Assembly (NCBI GenBank): GCA_963422375.2
Contig: OY729427.2
Location: 1,376,001 to 1,440,000, forward strand
Direction of reading: 5' to 3'
Origin: Bryobacterales bacterium
Lineage (GTDB): Bacteria; Acidobacteriota; Terriglobia; Bryobacterales; UBA6623
Length of the DNA: 64,000 bases
Part shown: piece by piece, positions 18,866 through 28,960 of the stretch
Layout: each line of letters starts with the position of its first letter
Numbering within the stretch: the stretch's first letter is position 1
Program-made: the position numbers and the translations under genes
Notes under the pieces: generated by a model
Seen by the model: only the letters and a program-made list of their open reading frames with translations
Told to the model about the DNA's origin: nothing
Database searches by the model: none

Positions 18866-19714
18866 ATGCTGGTCATCGACACGCATGCCCACCTGTTCTC
18901 GCAGGACGAGGAGACCTACCCGCCGCGGAGGGACGCTTCCGCGCCGCCGCCGGGAACGGGCACCCTGCAGCGACTCGCCGAGGAGGTCGGGCGCCACGAG
19001 GTGCGGGCCGTCACAGCCGTGCAGGTCAGCGGATTCTACGGTTTCGACAACCGCTACCTGCGAGCGGTCGCGCTGCAGAATCCCCACTGGATCGCCGGCA
19101 TCCTGACGCTCGACCCGCTCGACGAGGGGGCTCCGGCGTCGCTTGGGCGGCTCGCGCGCGAGGGCAGCATGCGGGGACTGCGCAGCGTCCCGGCCCCCGG
19201 AAGCGGCTTCGGCCACGACGGCGTCCGGTCCCTGTGGCGCGCGGCCGCGGACGAGGGCGTGCCAGTCAACGTGCTCGCGCAGTACCGGCACGAGGAGCAG
19301 CTGGACCGGCTACTGGGAGCGTTTCCAGGCCTACCGGTGGCTCTCGACCACAGCCTCGGGCTGCAAGCGGGCGAACGGGCCGGCAGGACGCTGGCAGCGC
19401 TGGAGCGACTCGCTCGCCACCGGCACGTCTACGCGAAGCTGTCGTTCCTAGCCAACGGCGACCAAGGCTGCGCCGACGGCTTTCCCTGCGAGTCGATGCA
19501 CGGTGCCGCCCTCCGGGTGATCGAGCTGTTCGGCCCGGAACGCTGCGCGTGGGGATCCCATTTCCCCACGGAGAAGTACGCGCGGCCCCTAACGTACGGC
19601 GAGCACCTCGACGTGTTCCTGCGCCGGCTGCCGTTGGCCCGCCGCGCCCGGCGGCAGGTTCTCGGGGAGACCGCCCGCCGGCTGTGGTTCCCGGAAATGG
19701 ATCGCCGCCCCTGA
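18866..19714 (+). CDS. Amidohydrolase_2-family protein (sugar lactonase-like)
   Basis: IDTHAH, LDH, YAKLS, FGPERCAWGSHFP, GETARRLW. Confidence 0.88.
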   Translation: MLVIDTHAHLFSQDEETYPPRRDASAPPPGTGTLQRLAEEVGRHEVRAVTAVQVSGFYGFDNRYLRAVALQNPHWIAGILTLDPLDEGAPASLGRLAREGSMRGLRSVPAPGSGFGHDGVRSLWRAAADEGVPVNVLAQYRHEEQLDRLLGAFPGLPVALDHSLGLQAGERAGRTLAALERLARHRHVYAKLSFLANGDQGCADGFPCESMHGAALRVIELFGPERCAWGSHFPTEKYARPLTYGEHLDVFLRRLPLARRARRQVLGETARRLWFPEMDRRP

Positions 19715-20650
19715 ATGGCTGCCGCGCCCTGCATCGCAGTGGTCGGGCCGACCGCCTCCGGCAAGAGCGAGCTGGCCTTGGAGCTGGCGGAACGGCTTGG
19801 CGGCGAGATCGTCAGCTTCGATTCCGTCCAGGCATACCGACACTTCGACATCGGCACGGCCAAGACCCAGCCCCCGGAGCGCCGCGGCATTCCGCACTAC
19901 CTGCTGGATCATGTCGAGCCGACCCGGCCATACTCCGCAGGGGAGTTCGCTCGCGACGCCCGGTCGGTGATGCGAGCGCTGCGCGAGCGCCGGGTCCTGC
20001 CCGTGCTCGCAGGCGGCACCGGCTTCTACCTGGAGGCCCTGCTGAACGGCCTCTTCCGCGAGCCGGATGGCAGCCCGGCCCTCCGCGAGCGTCTCCGCCT
20101 CAAGGCGGCGAGCCGCCCGAAGGGGTACATGTGGCGGGTGCTCGCAAAGCTAGACCGCAAGGCGGCTGAGGCGATCCACCCCAACGACACTCAGAAGCTC
20201 GTGCGGGCGGTCGAAGTGATCCTGGCCGGCAATCGGCCCCTCGCGCAGCAGTGGCGCGATTCCGGCGAGCCGCTGCGCGCTTTCCGAGTGCTGACGCTCG
20301 GCCTCACGCCGCCGCGCGAGGCGCTGCGCGAGAGGATCGAGCGCCGAGCGCGGGACATGTTCGCCCACGGGCTGGTCGACGAGGTCGAGAGCCTGCTCGG
20401 GCACGGAATCCCGCGGTCGGCGCAGCCGTTCGGCTCGCTCGGCTACGCGCAGTGCCTGGACTACCTGGATGGCAAGTACAGCCTCGAGGACGCCATCCAG
20501 TCCACCGTGGACCAGACGAGACGCTACGCGAAGCGCCAGCTGACTTGGTTCCGCAACCGAGCGCCCGCGACCCTCTGGCTCGAGGCCTTCGGCGACACGG
20601 GGGACGCGGCTGACTGGGCGGAGCGCGAGTTCCGGGCATGGCAGTCGTAG
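19715..20650 (+). CDS. miaA: tRNA dimethylallyltransferase
   Basis: GPTASGKS, DSVQAY..FDIGTAK, GGTGFY, TRRYAKRQLTWFR. Confidence 0.97.
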   Translation: MAAAPCIAVVGPTASGKSELALELAERLGGEIVSFDSVQAYRHFDIGTAKTQPPERRGIPHYLLDHVEPTRPYSAGEFARDARSVMRALRERRVLPVLAGGTGFYLEALLNGLFREPDGSPALRERLRLKAASRPKGYMWRVLAKLDRKAAEAIHPNDTQKLVRAVEVILAGNRPLAQQWRDSGEPLRAFRVLTLGLTPPREALRERIERRARDMFAHGLVDEVESLLGHGIPRSAQPFGSLGYAQCLDYLDGKYSLEDAIQSTVDQTRRYAKRQLTWFRNRAPATLWLEAFGDTGDAADWAEREFRAWQS

Positions 20651-20704
20651 GCTCTCGCACTGTTTCGCATTGCAACTCTCGGGCCATTCCTGCGGTAGGG
20701 GAGA

Positions 20705-21240
20705 ATGCTGTCGAAGCTCTACCGCATCCCGGGGGAAGGCCGCTTCGAGGGCGGGACGCATGCCGCAAGTCTCGCCGTCCGGAGGGACGGGCTGGACGCC
20801 GCGACCGCGGACTACGACAACGACTGCGACACCGGTCACTGCGAGACCGCACTGGACGGGGACCGGCTGTTCCGGAACGGCGGCGACGGCGCTTGCGAGG
20901 ACCTCACCGCGGCGACCGGCATCGACAAGGCCCGATTCGCCACGAGCCTCGCGTGGCTCGACTACGATGTCGACGCGCATCGCGACCTGTTGGCGGCGAA
21001 CTGCGTCCAGTGGTGCATCGAGAGGGAGCTCCAGGGCTCGATGGACGGATCCAAACAGACGCATTGCACGCCGGAATCCTATCCGGGCCAGCCGTCCGCC
21101 CTGTACCGGAATCGCGGGGACGGGACGATTGAGAGATGTCGGCGAGGCGGCCGGTGTCGCCGACCCCGCCGCGAAGGCGCCGGGCATCGCCGTCTTCGAC
21201 TGCGATGCAGACGGACCGCCGGACGGTCTTCCAAGCGAAC
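20705..21240 (+). pseudogene. CRTAC1 / FG-GAP (VCBS) repeat protein remnant
   Basis: ADYDNDCD...DRLFRNGGDG..ED.T...GI, WLDYD.D...DLL.AN, CTPESYPGQPSALYRNRGDGT; frameshift near 21130, both ends truncated. Confidence 0.8.
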
Positions 21241-21325
21241 TCGCCGCAGACCGGCGCGCCGCGCCGCACGGCCGCCAGCAGGATTCGGTCCGCCCGGGCG
21301 GTGGCCTCCGGCCGCATGGCGCACG

Positions 21326-21334
21326 TGCCATAAT
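21326..21334 (+). promoter_or_regulatory. Candidate extended -10 element for the rpn gene
   Basis: TGCCATAAT, 33 nt upstream of ATG 21368. Confidence 0.4.
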
Positions 21335-22121
21335 CGGACTGTCGCGGCCGGACGGGACGGCAGGGCGATGCGCGGGGACGGCCGGCAAGCGCAGGCGCAG
21401 GCACTACGAGTCCTACAAGCTGGCATTCGGCTGCCCGGCGATCATGGCCGACCCGCTGACGGCCTACTGCGGGGCCGACTGGGCGCGGCACCTGGATCGG
21501 TCGACGCTGACTCCGGTGGCGACCGAGCACGTGGCCGCCGACCTGCGGCTGCGCCGCAACGACCTGATCTGGCGCGCGACCTGGCGCGGGCGGGCGCTGT
21601 ACCTGTACCTGATGCTGGAGTTCCAGTCGAAGAGCGAGCGCCGCATGCCGCTGCGCGTCGCCGAATACGTGCTGCAGCTGTACAACTGGCTGCTGGCGAG
21701 CGGACAGGTGCGGGGGCGCGGGCTGCTGCCGCCGGTGCTGGCGACGGTGGTCTACAACGGCAAGAAGCCCTGGGCCGGGCCGCTGGAGATGGCGGGGCTG
21801 GGTTACAAGGTGCCGGAGGCGCTGAAGGCGTTCCAGCTGGCGGTGCGCTTCGCGCTGGTGGACGTGCGGCACTGGCGGGGCCCGGAACCCAAGGCGAGCG
21901 AGAACGGGGCTGCGCTGGTGTTCGAGCTCGACCGCTGCGAGACCTTGGAGCAGCTGGTGCTGGCGCTGGCGCACAAGGAGCGCTACCTGCGCAGCCGGGA
22001 CGAGGCGGGGCCGAGGGAGAGCCTGGACGGCTGGGTGGAGGCGGAGATCTGGCCGCACCGCTTTCCGCAGGTGACACTGGACGACTTGGACGGACTGGCG
22101 GGAGAGGAGCAGGACACCGCG

Positions 22122-22382
22122 ATGCTGCGAGATACGGTTGACAGGATAGCCCGGGAACTGGAAGCGAAAGGCCGCGTGGAGGGCCGCGTGGAAGGCCGCG
22201 TGGAAGGCCGCGTGGAGATGCTCGTGAGGCTGACCCGGGTGCGTTTCGGCGAGAGCTGTTCGCGCTCGCTCGCGGCGACGCTCCAGGGGGTTCGCGACAG
22301 CGCCGCTTTGGACGAGGTCGGGGTCTGGGTGTTGCAGAGCGAGAGCGGCGAGGCCCTGCTCGCCCGCTTCGGTCGCCACTGA
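22122..22382 (+). CDS. Candidate intragenic small protein (RpnS-like antitoxin), 86 aa, in frame with rpn
   Basis: Purine-rich GGAGAGGAGCAGGA immediately upstream of internal ATG 22122 (MLRDTVDRIARELE...), at the same position as the internal Met of the paralogue at 3698. Confidence 0.5.
   Translation: MLRDTVDRIARELEAKGRVEGRVEGRVEGRVEMLVRLTRVRFGESCSRSLAATLQGVRDSAALDEVGVWVLQSESGEALLARFGRH
22170..22217 (+). repeat. Coding tandem repeat, 4 x 12 bp GGCCGCGTGGAR (GRVE x4)
   Basis: Directly visible; typical of Rpn C-terminal helices. Confidence 0.95.
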
Positions 22383-22990
22383 GCGCGGGCAGGAGCCTTG
22401 CCGGCCCGGCCCGCGGGCGCTGTTCCGCGCCGACCGGCGCAGCGCAGGCGGGCGAGCCGGCTCTTGCTCGCAGGCACGTCCGCCTGCGGAGCGAGCCGGT
22501 GATGGCAGCCGGCGAGAGGCCGGGCTGGTCGGGCAGACCGGATCCATGGGGCCACGTGGCGGTCCCCGCTTCGCATTCGCGGGCCGGGGCGGTCGCTGTG
22601 AGTTCCGGCGAAGCAGATCGGTCCCGCACGCACCGGCGGAGTGCCGCGGTCGCAAGCGGAGCGAAGGCTCCTCCGCAGGGCGTCCGTCGTTCATGCTGCA
22701 CCTCGCGGGACGATCCAGCGCGCCCGCGCTCGGACTGCACGGCGGGAGCTGAGGCCCGGTCGCGCCTGCCTCCGCGCTTCCCGGCGGGTGGGCCGCGCAG
22801 TCTTCCGGTTGGTCTCTAGGAACCATCCCGGATCGGATTCGCAGCGAGCCTTCAGCGCTTCAAGGTCCGTCGCTTGATCGGGAGAGCGGGATCGCGAATG
22901 TCGCCTTCGCCAACGGGCGCCCTGCATGTCGCCCGGACTCGCTCACCTAGGGAATGAAGGCCTTCCGGATAGCAATCGAGGCATTCACAT

Positions 22991-23280
22991 CGCCCGATCA
23001 ACTCCGAAGTGCGATACCCGCCGAGCCACAAGATGGAAGGGATGGGAGAGGGAGGGCAGCGACCTGTGGCGTCGCGACACTTGGCTGAGATGCAACGGGA
23101 GGAGGGGGAGCCCCATGCCCAGGAGCTGCGCGTAGGTGACGAAGGAGGAGCGCTTCCGGATCGAGACGCTGCGGGCCGCGGGCCTGGGAGCGGCCGCGAT
23201 CGCCGGGCAGTCGGGCGACGATCTACCGGGAGTTGCGGCGCAACGGGCAGCAAGCGGGGGGCAGGCGCCTATCGACCTAC
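22991..23280 (+). mobile_element. IS30-family left-end remnant
   Basis: From ATG near 23114: MPRSCA*VTKEERFRIETLRAAGLGAAAIAGQSG then YRELRRNG, matching the IS30 HTH. IS30-like end CGCCCGATCAACTCCGAAGTGCGATACCC at 22991 is tentative. Confidence 0.7.
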
Positions 23281-23795
23281 AGCCTCGGAATTCCGAACGT
23301 CGGCAGTCTTAGGGTGTCCAAGACGCTCGCGTCGGAGCGGAGCGAGACGGTGTGGCCGGGGCGATGGGCTGGCCGCAGGGACTCGTGGGCGGTCTTGGAG
23401 CGGGCAGACGCGGACGCGTGGATCGGGGCCTTGATACCGGCACGTCCGAGCGGGAGACCGGTGTCGCCGGTGTCTGCGTCTGCGCGCCGACCGGCCGGGA
23501 GCGGTGCAGTCACCGCCGGGGAGGGCCGTCGTCGGCCGCGGGCCCGCGCGGATTGGCGCAGCAGGCTCACGGCGAGGGTGCCCGCGGCCGGGTCCGGGCG
23601 CAGGCCGGCCTCGCTGCGGAACGGCGCCTGCAGAAGCTCGCGGGCCGTCTCGGCCCGGCAGGCCGCCATGCGCACGGTCTCGAGCAGGTGGCGCAGCGGC
23701 GCGGGCAGGGCCGTCACGCGGTCCTCCGCGTCCAGCTCGCCCGCCAGGACGTGCTGCCGGCAGTGGCTCATGCCCCATGCCAGGCCCTCTTCGAG
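23281..23795 (-). pseudogene. Transposase C-terminal remnant (unclassified/ISNCY-like), cut by IS1595 copy 2
   Basis: RHLLETVRMAACRAETA...APFRSEAGLRPDPAAGTLAVSL resembles the LLDTIRMIAYRAET...DPAAGTLTVRL motif of a putative transposase family. Confidence 0.6.
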
Positions 23796-25027
23796 GGGAA
23801 TTATATATCTGAGTGCCAAGGCAACCGATTTGGCAAATTATCAATCCATAAAATAATTTATATTTCTTCCGGATATCTGCTGATAATCGGTGGATTTTCT
23901 TGATGGAATAGTTCCAATATAGGAGGTCATAAATGAAGAAGAATTGTCCCAGTAAGTAGTTTCGTAATGGCATCACCTTGATTGAAGTTATCGCCATGTT
24001 TCCCGATGAGAAATCCGCGGAAACATGGTTTGACTCCATGCGCTGGCCGGACGGTACAGTATGCCCCCGCTGTCGCGGCTCCAGCGTGCAGTCCAGCACG
24101 GCCTACCCCTCGATGCCGTACCGATGCCGCGACTGCGGCAAGCGCTTTTCCGTGCGCGCCGGCAGCATGATGGCCGACACCAAGCTCGGCTACCGCGTCC
24201 GGGCCGTCGCCATGTTCCTGCTGACCACCGGCCTCCAGGGCGTCTCCGGCATGAAGCTGCACCGCGACCCGGGCATCAGCCGGATGCCGGCCCGGCACCT
24301 GGCGCACCGCATCCGCTCGTGCTGGGAGCGGGACCGGGGCCTGTTCGCCGGCCCGGTGGAAGTGGACGAGACCTGCGTCGGCGACAAGGAGCGCAACAAG
24401 CACGGGAGCAAGAAGGCCCGGGCCGGGCCCGACCAAGGGCGACCTGCAGGGCTTCATGCGCGGCCGGGTCGCCCCGGGCGCGCAAGTCCGTTCCGACGAG
24501 GCGGCGGCCTACGCCGGCATGGCGGAGTGCCCGCACGAGGGCGTCTAGCACTCCGGCGACGAGTACGTGCGCGGGACGGCGCAACGCCCGCAACTGCGAC
24601 ACGGCGGAACGGATGCGACGCATGGTCGGCCAGACGCTGACCTATCCGGCAACTGGTCGGCAAGGCCGCGGTCGCGGCCTGAGCACGGCCTAGCCGGTCC
24701 GCTGCGGCCTCTCTTCACGCTCGGTGCGAAGGGCGCTCCGGATCCGGAATCCCGCGCCGCGACCGGTGTCCAGCCCGGACAATTCATAGATGCAACCGCC
24801 TTGGAAGGGGAGCCTCTCCTCGGCAACCCGGGTTCCACCGGGGCATGCGAGGCGGCCTCACTAGTCCGTGCGCCGCCAAATCCGCTTGCAGGAGCGATTC
24901 AGCTACGAACCGACCTGTCGGTGCCCACCTCGGCCGCACACGAATGACCCGAGCTAGACGCCGACTTCCCCAATCTGAGCGGTTCTAGCCGGATATGGCG
25001 TCGTCGGTACTCCGATATATAATTCCC
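23796..25027 (+). mobile_element. IS1595-family element, copy 2; both TIRs present, no TSD, transposase pseudogenised
   Basis: GGGAATTATATATCTGAGTGCC ... GGTACTCCGATATATAATTCCC; collinear with copy 1; two internal deletions and TAG at 24546. Confidence 0.92.
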
Positions 25028-25310
25028 ATTCTTTGGGGATAGTATGAGACGATAAAAGTTCAATTCATGAGATGCTCCATTCACAGAATACCGTTAAATA
25101 TGAAATCGAAATTACGGAAATCTATCTGCCATATATTCGCGAAATATGGCTTTCTATACATCGCTTATATTCTGTCAAGAGAGAAACTGTAATCCAATCC
25201 GTTTCAAATGAATTGTCTAGATCTCTGTTCCTCCACGAGTCACATAGAGTCAGGTATCATTGGCTAGAATTCCCGAACTACCTAGGTCTTTTCACAAGCA
25301 CTAGATGATC
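25028..25310. other. AT-rich foreign or degraded DNA patch
   Basis: Abrupt drop in GC next to the IS right end; no credible ORF. Confidence 0.55.
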
Positions 25311-25382
25311 TGAGCCCCTACCGCCCCACAGGGAAGACCTTGCGGACGGAGCCGAAACCGCGAGCATGAGCTAGGTTGAAGG

Positions 25383-26222
25383 GTGGGGCAGCGCGCGCTG
25401 ATCGTGGGTTGCGGGTTCACGGGCCGCAGGGCGGCCGGGCTCCTCCTCGAGCGCGGCTGGCGCGTGTCGGCCACGGCCCGGAATCCCGAGGCGCTCGCGT
25501 CCTTGCGCCTGCTCGGTGCCGAGGTGCATCCGTTCGATGCGACGAGCGGCCGACCGCCGGTCCCGTCGGCGGACGGCGCGCAGGTCCTGCTGTCCGTGCC
25601 CACCCTGCGCTCGGACGGTGCCTTCGACGAGCCCACGCCGCGCATCCTAGAAATGCTCGCCGGTTGTCCCGAGCACGTCACGTACCTTTCCACCACCGGT
25701 GTCTACGGCTCGGCAGAGGCCGTCGACGAGACGACTCCGGCCGCTCCGGCGACGGAACGCCAGAGACTGCGGATGACCGCGGAGGGCGCGGTTCGCTCCC
25801 TGCCCTGCCGGGCGCTCGCGCTGCGCCCGGCAGCGATCTACGGGCCTCGCCGGGGCGTGCATTCGGCCATGCGCGAGGGCCGGTTCCGCCTGCCGCCGGG
25901 CCAGGGGCGCCCGGTTTCGCGGATTCACGTCGACGACCTAGCGTCGATCGTCGCGGCGTCGATGGCCAGAGGCATCGAAGGGGCGTTCCCGGTCGCGGAC
26001 GCGCTGCCGGCGACATCGCGCGAAGTTGCACGGTTCTGCGCAGGGCTGCTGGGGCTGGACCTGCCGGGCGAGGCAACCGAGAGCGAGCTCAGCGAGACGC
26101 GGCGCTTCGGCCGGCGGGTGGACGGCCGCGCCATCCTCCGCCATCTCGGCTTGGAGCTGCGCTATCCGACGTATCGCGAGGGCATCCCGGCGAGCATTGC
26201 GGCCGAGCGCAGCCGGCCCTAG
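25383..26222 (+). CDS. NAD-dependent epimerase/atypical SDR (YeeZ-like)
   Basis: IVGCGFTG, YLSTTGVYG, LRPAAIYGP, SRIHVDDLA, LRYPTYREG. Confidence 0.9.
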   Translation: MGQRALIVGCGFTGRRAAGLLLERGWRVSATARNPEALASLRLLGAEVHPFDATSGRPPVPSADGAQVLLSVPTLRSDGAFDEPTPRILEMLAGCPEHVTYLSTTGVYGSAEAVDETTPAAPATERQRLRMTAEGAVRSLPCRALALRPAAIYGPRRGVHSAMREGRFRLPPGQGRPVSRIHVDDLASIVAASMARGIEGAFPVADALPATSREVARFCAGLLGLDLPGEATESELSETRRFGRRVDGRAILRHLGLELRYPTYREGIPASIAAERSRP

Positions 26223-26842
26223 CCGAGATCCCGCGCCGCAGGCAGGCCCCCTCCCGCTGCCAGCAGCCGATGGACATGCTTGGCCAGCATGTCGCACTCG
26301 ATGTTCACCGCGCTTCCGGCTCCGGTCGATGACAGGGCGGTCACCTCGTAGGTATGGGGGATGATCGCGATGCCGAGCGACGATCCCTCGAGGGAGGCCA
26401 CGGTCAGGCTAACGCCGTCGATCGCGACGCTGCCCTTGTAGACCAGGTACGCCAGCAGGTCCTCCGGCACGCGCACTGCCAGCCACCAGTTGCCGTCCCC
26501 AAGCGGATCGAGCTCCAGCACCTCGCCCCTCCCGTCTACGTGGCCTAGGACGAAGTGCCCGCTCAGGCGGTCGGTCAGCCGGAGCGGACGCTCCAGGTTG
26601 ACAGCTCGTCCGGGAGACAGGTCTCCTAGGTTGGTCTTGCGAAGCGTCTCGGGGGACAGGTCCGCCGCAAACGAGCCCCGGCCCGCCGCGACCGCTGTCA
26701 GGCAGCAGCCATTTACGGCGACGCTCGCGCCCTTGCGCAGGTCCTCCAGAACGAGGTCCGCGCCCACTACGATGCGGGCCCCAGAGACGGAGCGAGTCAT
26801 CTCCAGGATCTCGCCTGTCTCCTCGACGATCCCAGTGAACAT
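26219..26842 (-). CDS. ribE: Riboflavin synthase (alpha chain)
   Basis: MFTGIVEE start, SVAVNGCCLT, VNLER, GHFVLGHVDG, KGSVAIDGVSLT. Confidence 0.96.
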   Translation of the reverse strand: MFTGIVEETGEILEMTRSVSGARIVVGADLVLEDLRKGASVAVNGCCLTAVAAGRGSFAADLSPETLRKTNLGDLSPGRAVNLERPLRLTDRLSGHFVLGHVDGRGEVLELDPLGDGNWWLAVRVPEDLLAYLVYKGSVAIDGVSLTVASLEGSSLGIAIIPHTYEVTALSSTGAGSAVNIECDMLAKHVHRLLAAGGGLPAARDLG

Positions 26843-26852
26843 CCCGGCTCCC

Positions 26853-27998
26853 TCAGGAAGCGACCGCCCGGCCGGCGGGGGGCGCCTCCCTGACCATATC
26901 GGCCTCAACTGCGAACTCGTCCTCGGCCACCTCAAACGTCCGCAGGTTCCGCAGCCGCAGCGCCCCGGCCCTCGAGCGGCGGCCTGCCCCTCCGGCCATC
27001 GGCAGGGAATCGAATCCACCCAGAATCTTGGGCGCGTAGTACAGCAGCACCTTGTCGACAACCCCGGCGTCGAGCGCCGCCCAGTTGAGCTTCGCTCCGC
27101 CCTCGATCATCAGCGAGACGATGCCCGCCTCACCCAGCCACGCGGCGACTCCCTGCAGGTCGACCCGCCCGGTCGGGGAATCGAAGACCCTAGCCGGGAT
27201 GGTCCGCCGGGCGAACGACTCGCGACGCTTGGGAGAGGCGGCGGACGTCGTGGCCACGACCAAGTCCCCGTCGTAGGACTCGACGATGCGGGAATCGGCC
27301 GACAGGCGCAGCAGCGAATCGGCGACGATCCGCAGCAGCGGCCGCCGCCGAGGCAGGCCCGTGCGGTCGGTCAGCAGGCAGTCGTCGGCCTGCACCGTGC
27401 CGATGCCCGTCATGATCGCGTCGTGGCGATGGCGGACCGTCTGCACGTGCCGCCGCGCGGTCTCGCTGGTGATCCAGCCCGTGTTGTCGTCGGGCGCGGC
27501 GATCTTGCCGTCCAAGGTCAGGGCTGTCTTGAGCGTCACAAGCGGACGCCCCGTGCGGGCGTAGTGGAAGAACGGCTCGTTCAGACGGGCCGCTTGGACC
27601 GCCAGATCGCCGTCCCCCTCCTCCACCGCGACGCCGGTCTGGCGGAGGCGCTCCAGACCGGATCCATCGATTCTCGGGTTGCGGTCGCGAGTCGCCGCTA
27701 CGACCCGGGCGACCCCCGCCGAGAGAATCGCGTCAACGCAAGGCGGCGTGCGACCCGTGACATTGCACGGCTCGAGCGACACGTACACCGTGCCCCCGCG
27801 AGCGCGGCCGCCGGCCTCGGCCAGCGCCAGCGCCTCGGCGTGGCGCCGCCCTGCGTAAGTGTAGCTGCCTTCGCCGGCCTTGCAACCCTCCGCGTCGACG
27901 ACGACAGCCCCCACCTGCGGGTTCGGGCTCGCCAGCGCGTCCCCGCGCCGGGCGAGGTCGAGCGCTTCCCGCAGCCAGCGACGGTCCGTCGCGGTCAT
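26853..27998 (-). CDS. ribD: Bifunctional riboflavin deaminase/reductase
   Basis: PNPQVGAV, HAE, LEPC...TPPC, TLDGKIA, WITS, GIGTVQADD, IEGG. Confidence 0.96.
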   Translation of the reverse strand: MTATDRRWLREALDLARRGDALASPNPQVGAVVVDAEGCKAGEGSYTYAGRRHAEALALAEAGGRARGGTVYVSLEPCNVTGRTPPCVDAILSAGVARVVAATRDRNPRIDGSGLERLRQTGVAVEEGDGDLAVQAARLNEPFFHYARTGRPLVTLKTALTLDGKIAAPDDNTGWITSETARRHVQTVRHRHDAIMTGIGTVQADDCLLTDRTGLPRRRPLLRIVADSLLRLSADSRIVESYDGDLVVATTSAASPKRRESFARRTIPARVFDSPTGRVDLQGVAAWLGEAGIVSLMIEGGAKLNWAALDAGVVDKVLLYYAPKILGGFDSLPMAGGAGRRSRAGALRLRNLRTFEVAEDEFAVEADMVREAPPAGRAVAS

Positions 27999-28960
27999 TC
28001 CCGGTCGGGCGCGTCGAACAGCGACCGCACGAACGTGTCGGGATCGAACGCGACTAGATCCTCGCTGCGCTCCCCGATGCCCACCCAGCGGATCGGCAAG
28101 CCGAGCTCGCGGGCTATGGCAACGGCGATGCCTCCCTTGGCGGTGCCGTCAAGCTTGGCCAGGACGAGCCCCGTCACGTTGGCGGTCGAGGTGAACTGGC
28201 GCGCCTGCTCGAGGCCGTTCTGGCCGGTCACCGCGTCCAGAACCAAGAGCACCTCGTGCGGAGCCCCGGGCACGAGGCGGCCGGCCGTCCGGCGGATCTT
28301 CTGCAGCTCGGCCATCAGCCCCGCCTTGTTGTGCAGCCGTCCGGCGGTGTCGACGATCACGGTGTCGAAGCCCCGCGCCTTCGCCGATTCGAGCGCGTCG
28401 TAGAGCACTGCGCTGGGATCGGCACCGGCCCTCTGCCGCACGACCGGGCAGTTCGAGCGCTCCCCCCAAATGACCAGCTGCTCGGCGGCCGCCGCGCGGA
28501 ACGTGTCGGCGGCGCAGAGCAAGACGCGGCGCCCGTCTTCTCGGAGCCGGGACGCCAGCTTGCCGATCGTCGTCGTCTTGCCGACGCCGTTCACGCCCAC
28601 GACGAGGATCACCTGCAGCGACTCGGCCGCGACAGCCGAGTCTGCCGAAGCCCACGGCTGGCCCAGGATCTCCAACATCCGCGCCGCTATCAGGTCCTTG
28701 ATCGCGGAGGCATCCTCGAGCTGGTCGCGAGCCAGGCGCGAGCGGACGTCCTCGATGATCTCGTTCGCCGCGCGGACACCGATGTCCGCGGCGATGAGAG
28801 TCATCTCAAGATCCTCTACCAGCTCGGGGTCGATCTCGCGACGTCCCTCGAACAGGTCGCCGATCTGGTCGGCCAGCGCTTCCCGCGTCTTCGAGACCGC
28901 GCGCCGGAACCGCCCGAACAGGCCCCGCTCCTTGCGGGGAGCGTCGAACAGGGTCTGCAT
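27995..28960 (-). CDS. ftsY: Signal recognition particle receptor FtsY
   Basis: GVNGVGKTTTIGK, DTFRAAA, DTAGR, DAVTGQN, KLDGTAKGG. Confidence 0.97.
   Translation of the reverse strand: MQTLFDAPRKERGLFGRFRRAVSKTREALADQIGDLFEGRREIDPELVEDLEMTLIAADIGVRAANEIIEDVRSRLARDQLEDASAIKDLIAARMLEILGQPWASADSAVAAESLQVILVVGVNGVGKTTTIGKLASRLREDGRRVLLCAADTFRAAAAEQLVIWGERSNCPVVRQRAGADPSAVLYDALESAKARGFDTVIVDTAGRLHNKAGLMAELQKIRRTAGRLVPGAPHEVLLVLDAVTGQNGLEQARQFTSTANVTGLVLAKLDGTAKGGIAVAIARELGLPIRWVGIGERSEDLVAFDPDTFVRSLFDAPDRE

Larger units (their letters stand above)
21368..22382 (+). pseudogene. Rpn-family recombination-promoting nuclease/putative transposase (PD-(D/E)XK), near full length with a probable frameshift right after the start codon
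   Basis: H(Y)ESYKLAF, RRNDLIWR, LYLYLMLEFQS, MPLRVAEY, LPPVLATVVYNG..PW, (EGRV)n, VRFG. ATG 21368 is one base out of frame with the body; the next in-frame ATG is 21444. Confidence 0.8.

Noticed and set aside
22170..22217. 12-bp repeats as a mini-CRISPR or regulatory array
   Set aside because: Contiguous, no spacers, and in frame as GRVE repeats typical of Rpn C-termini.
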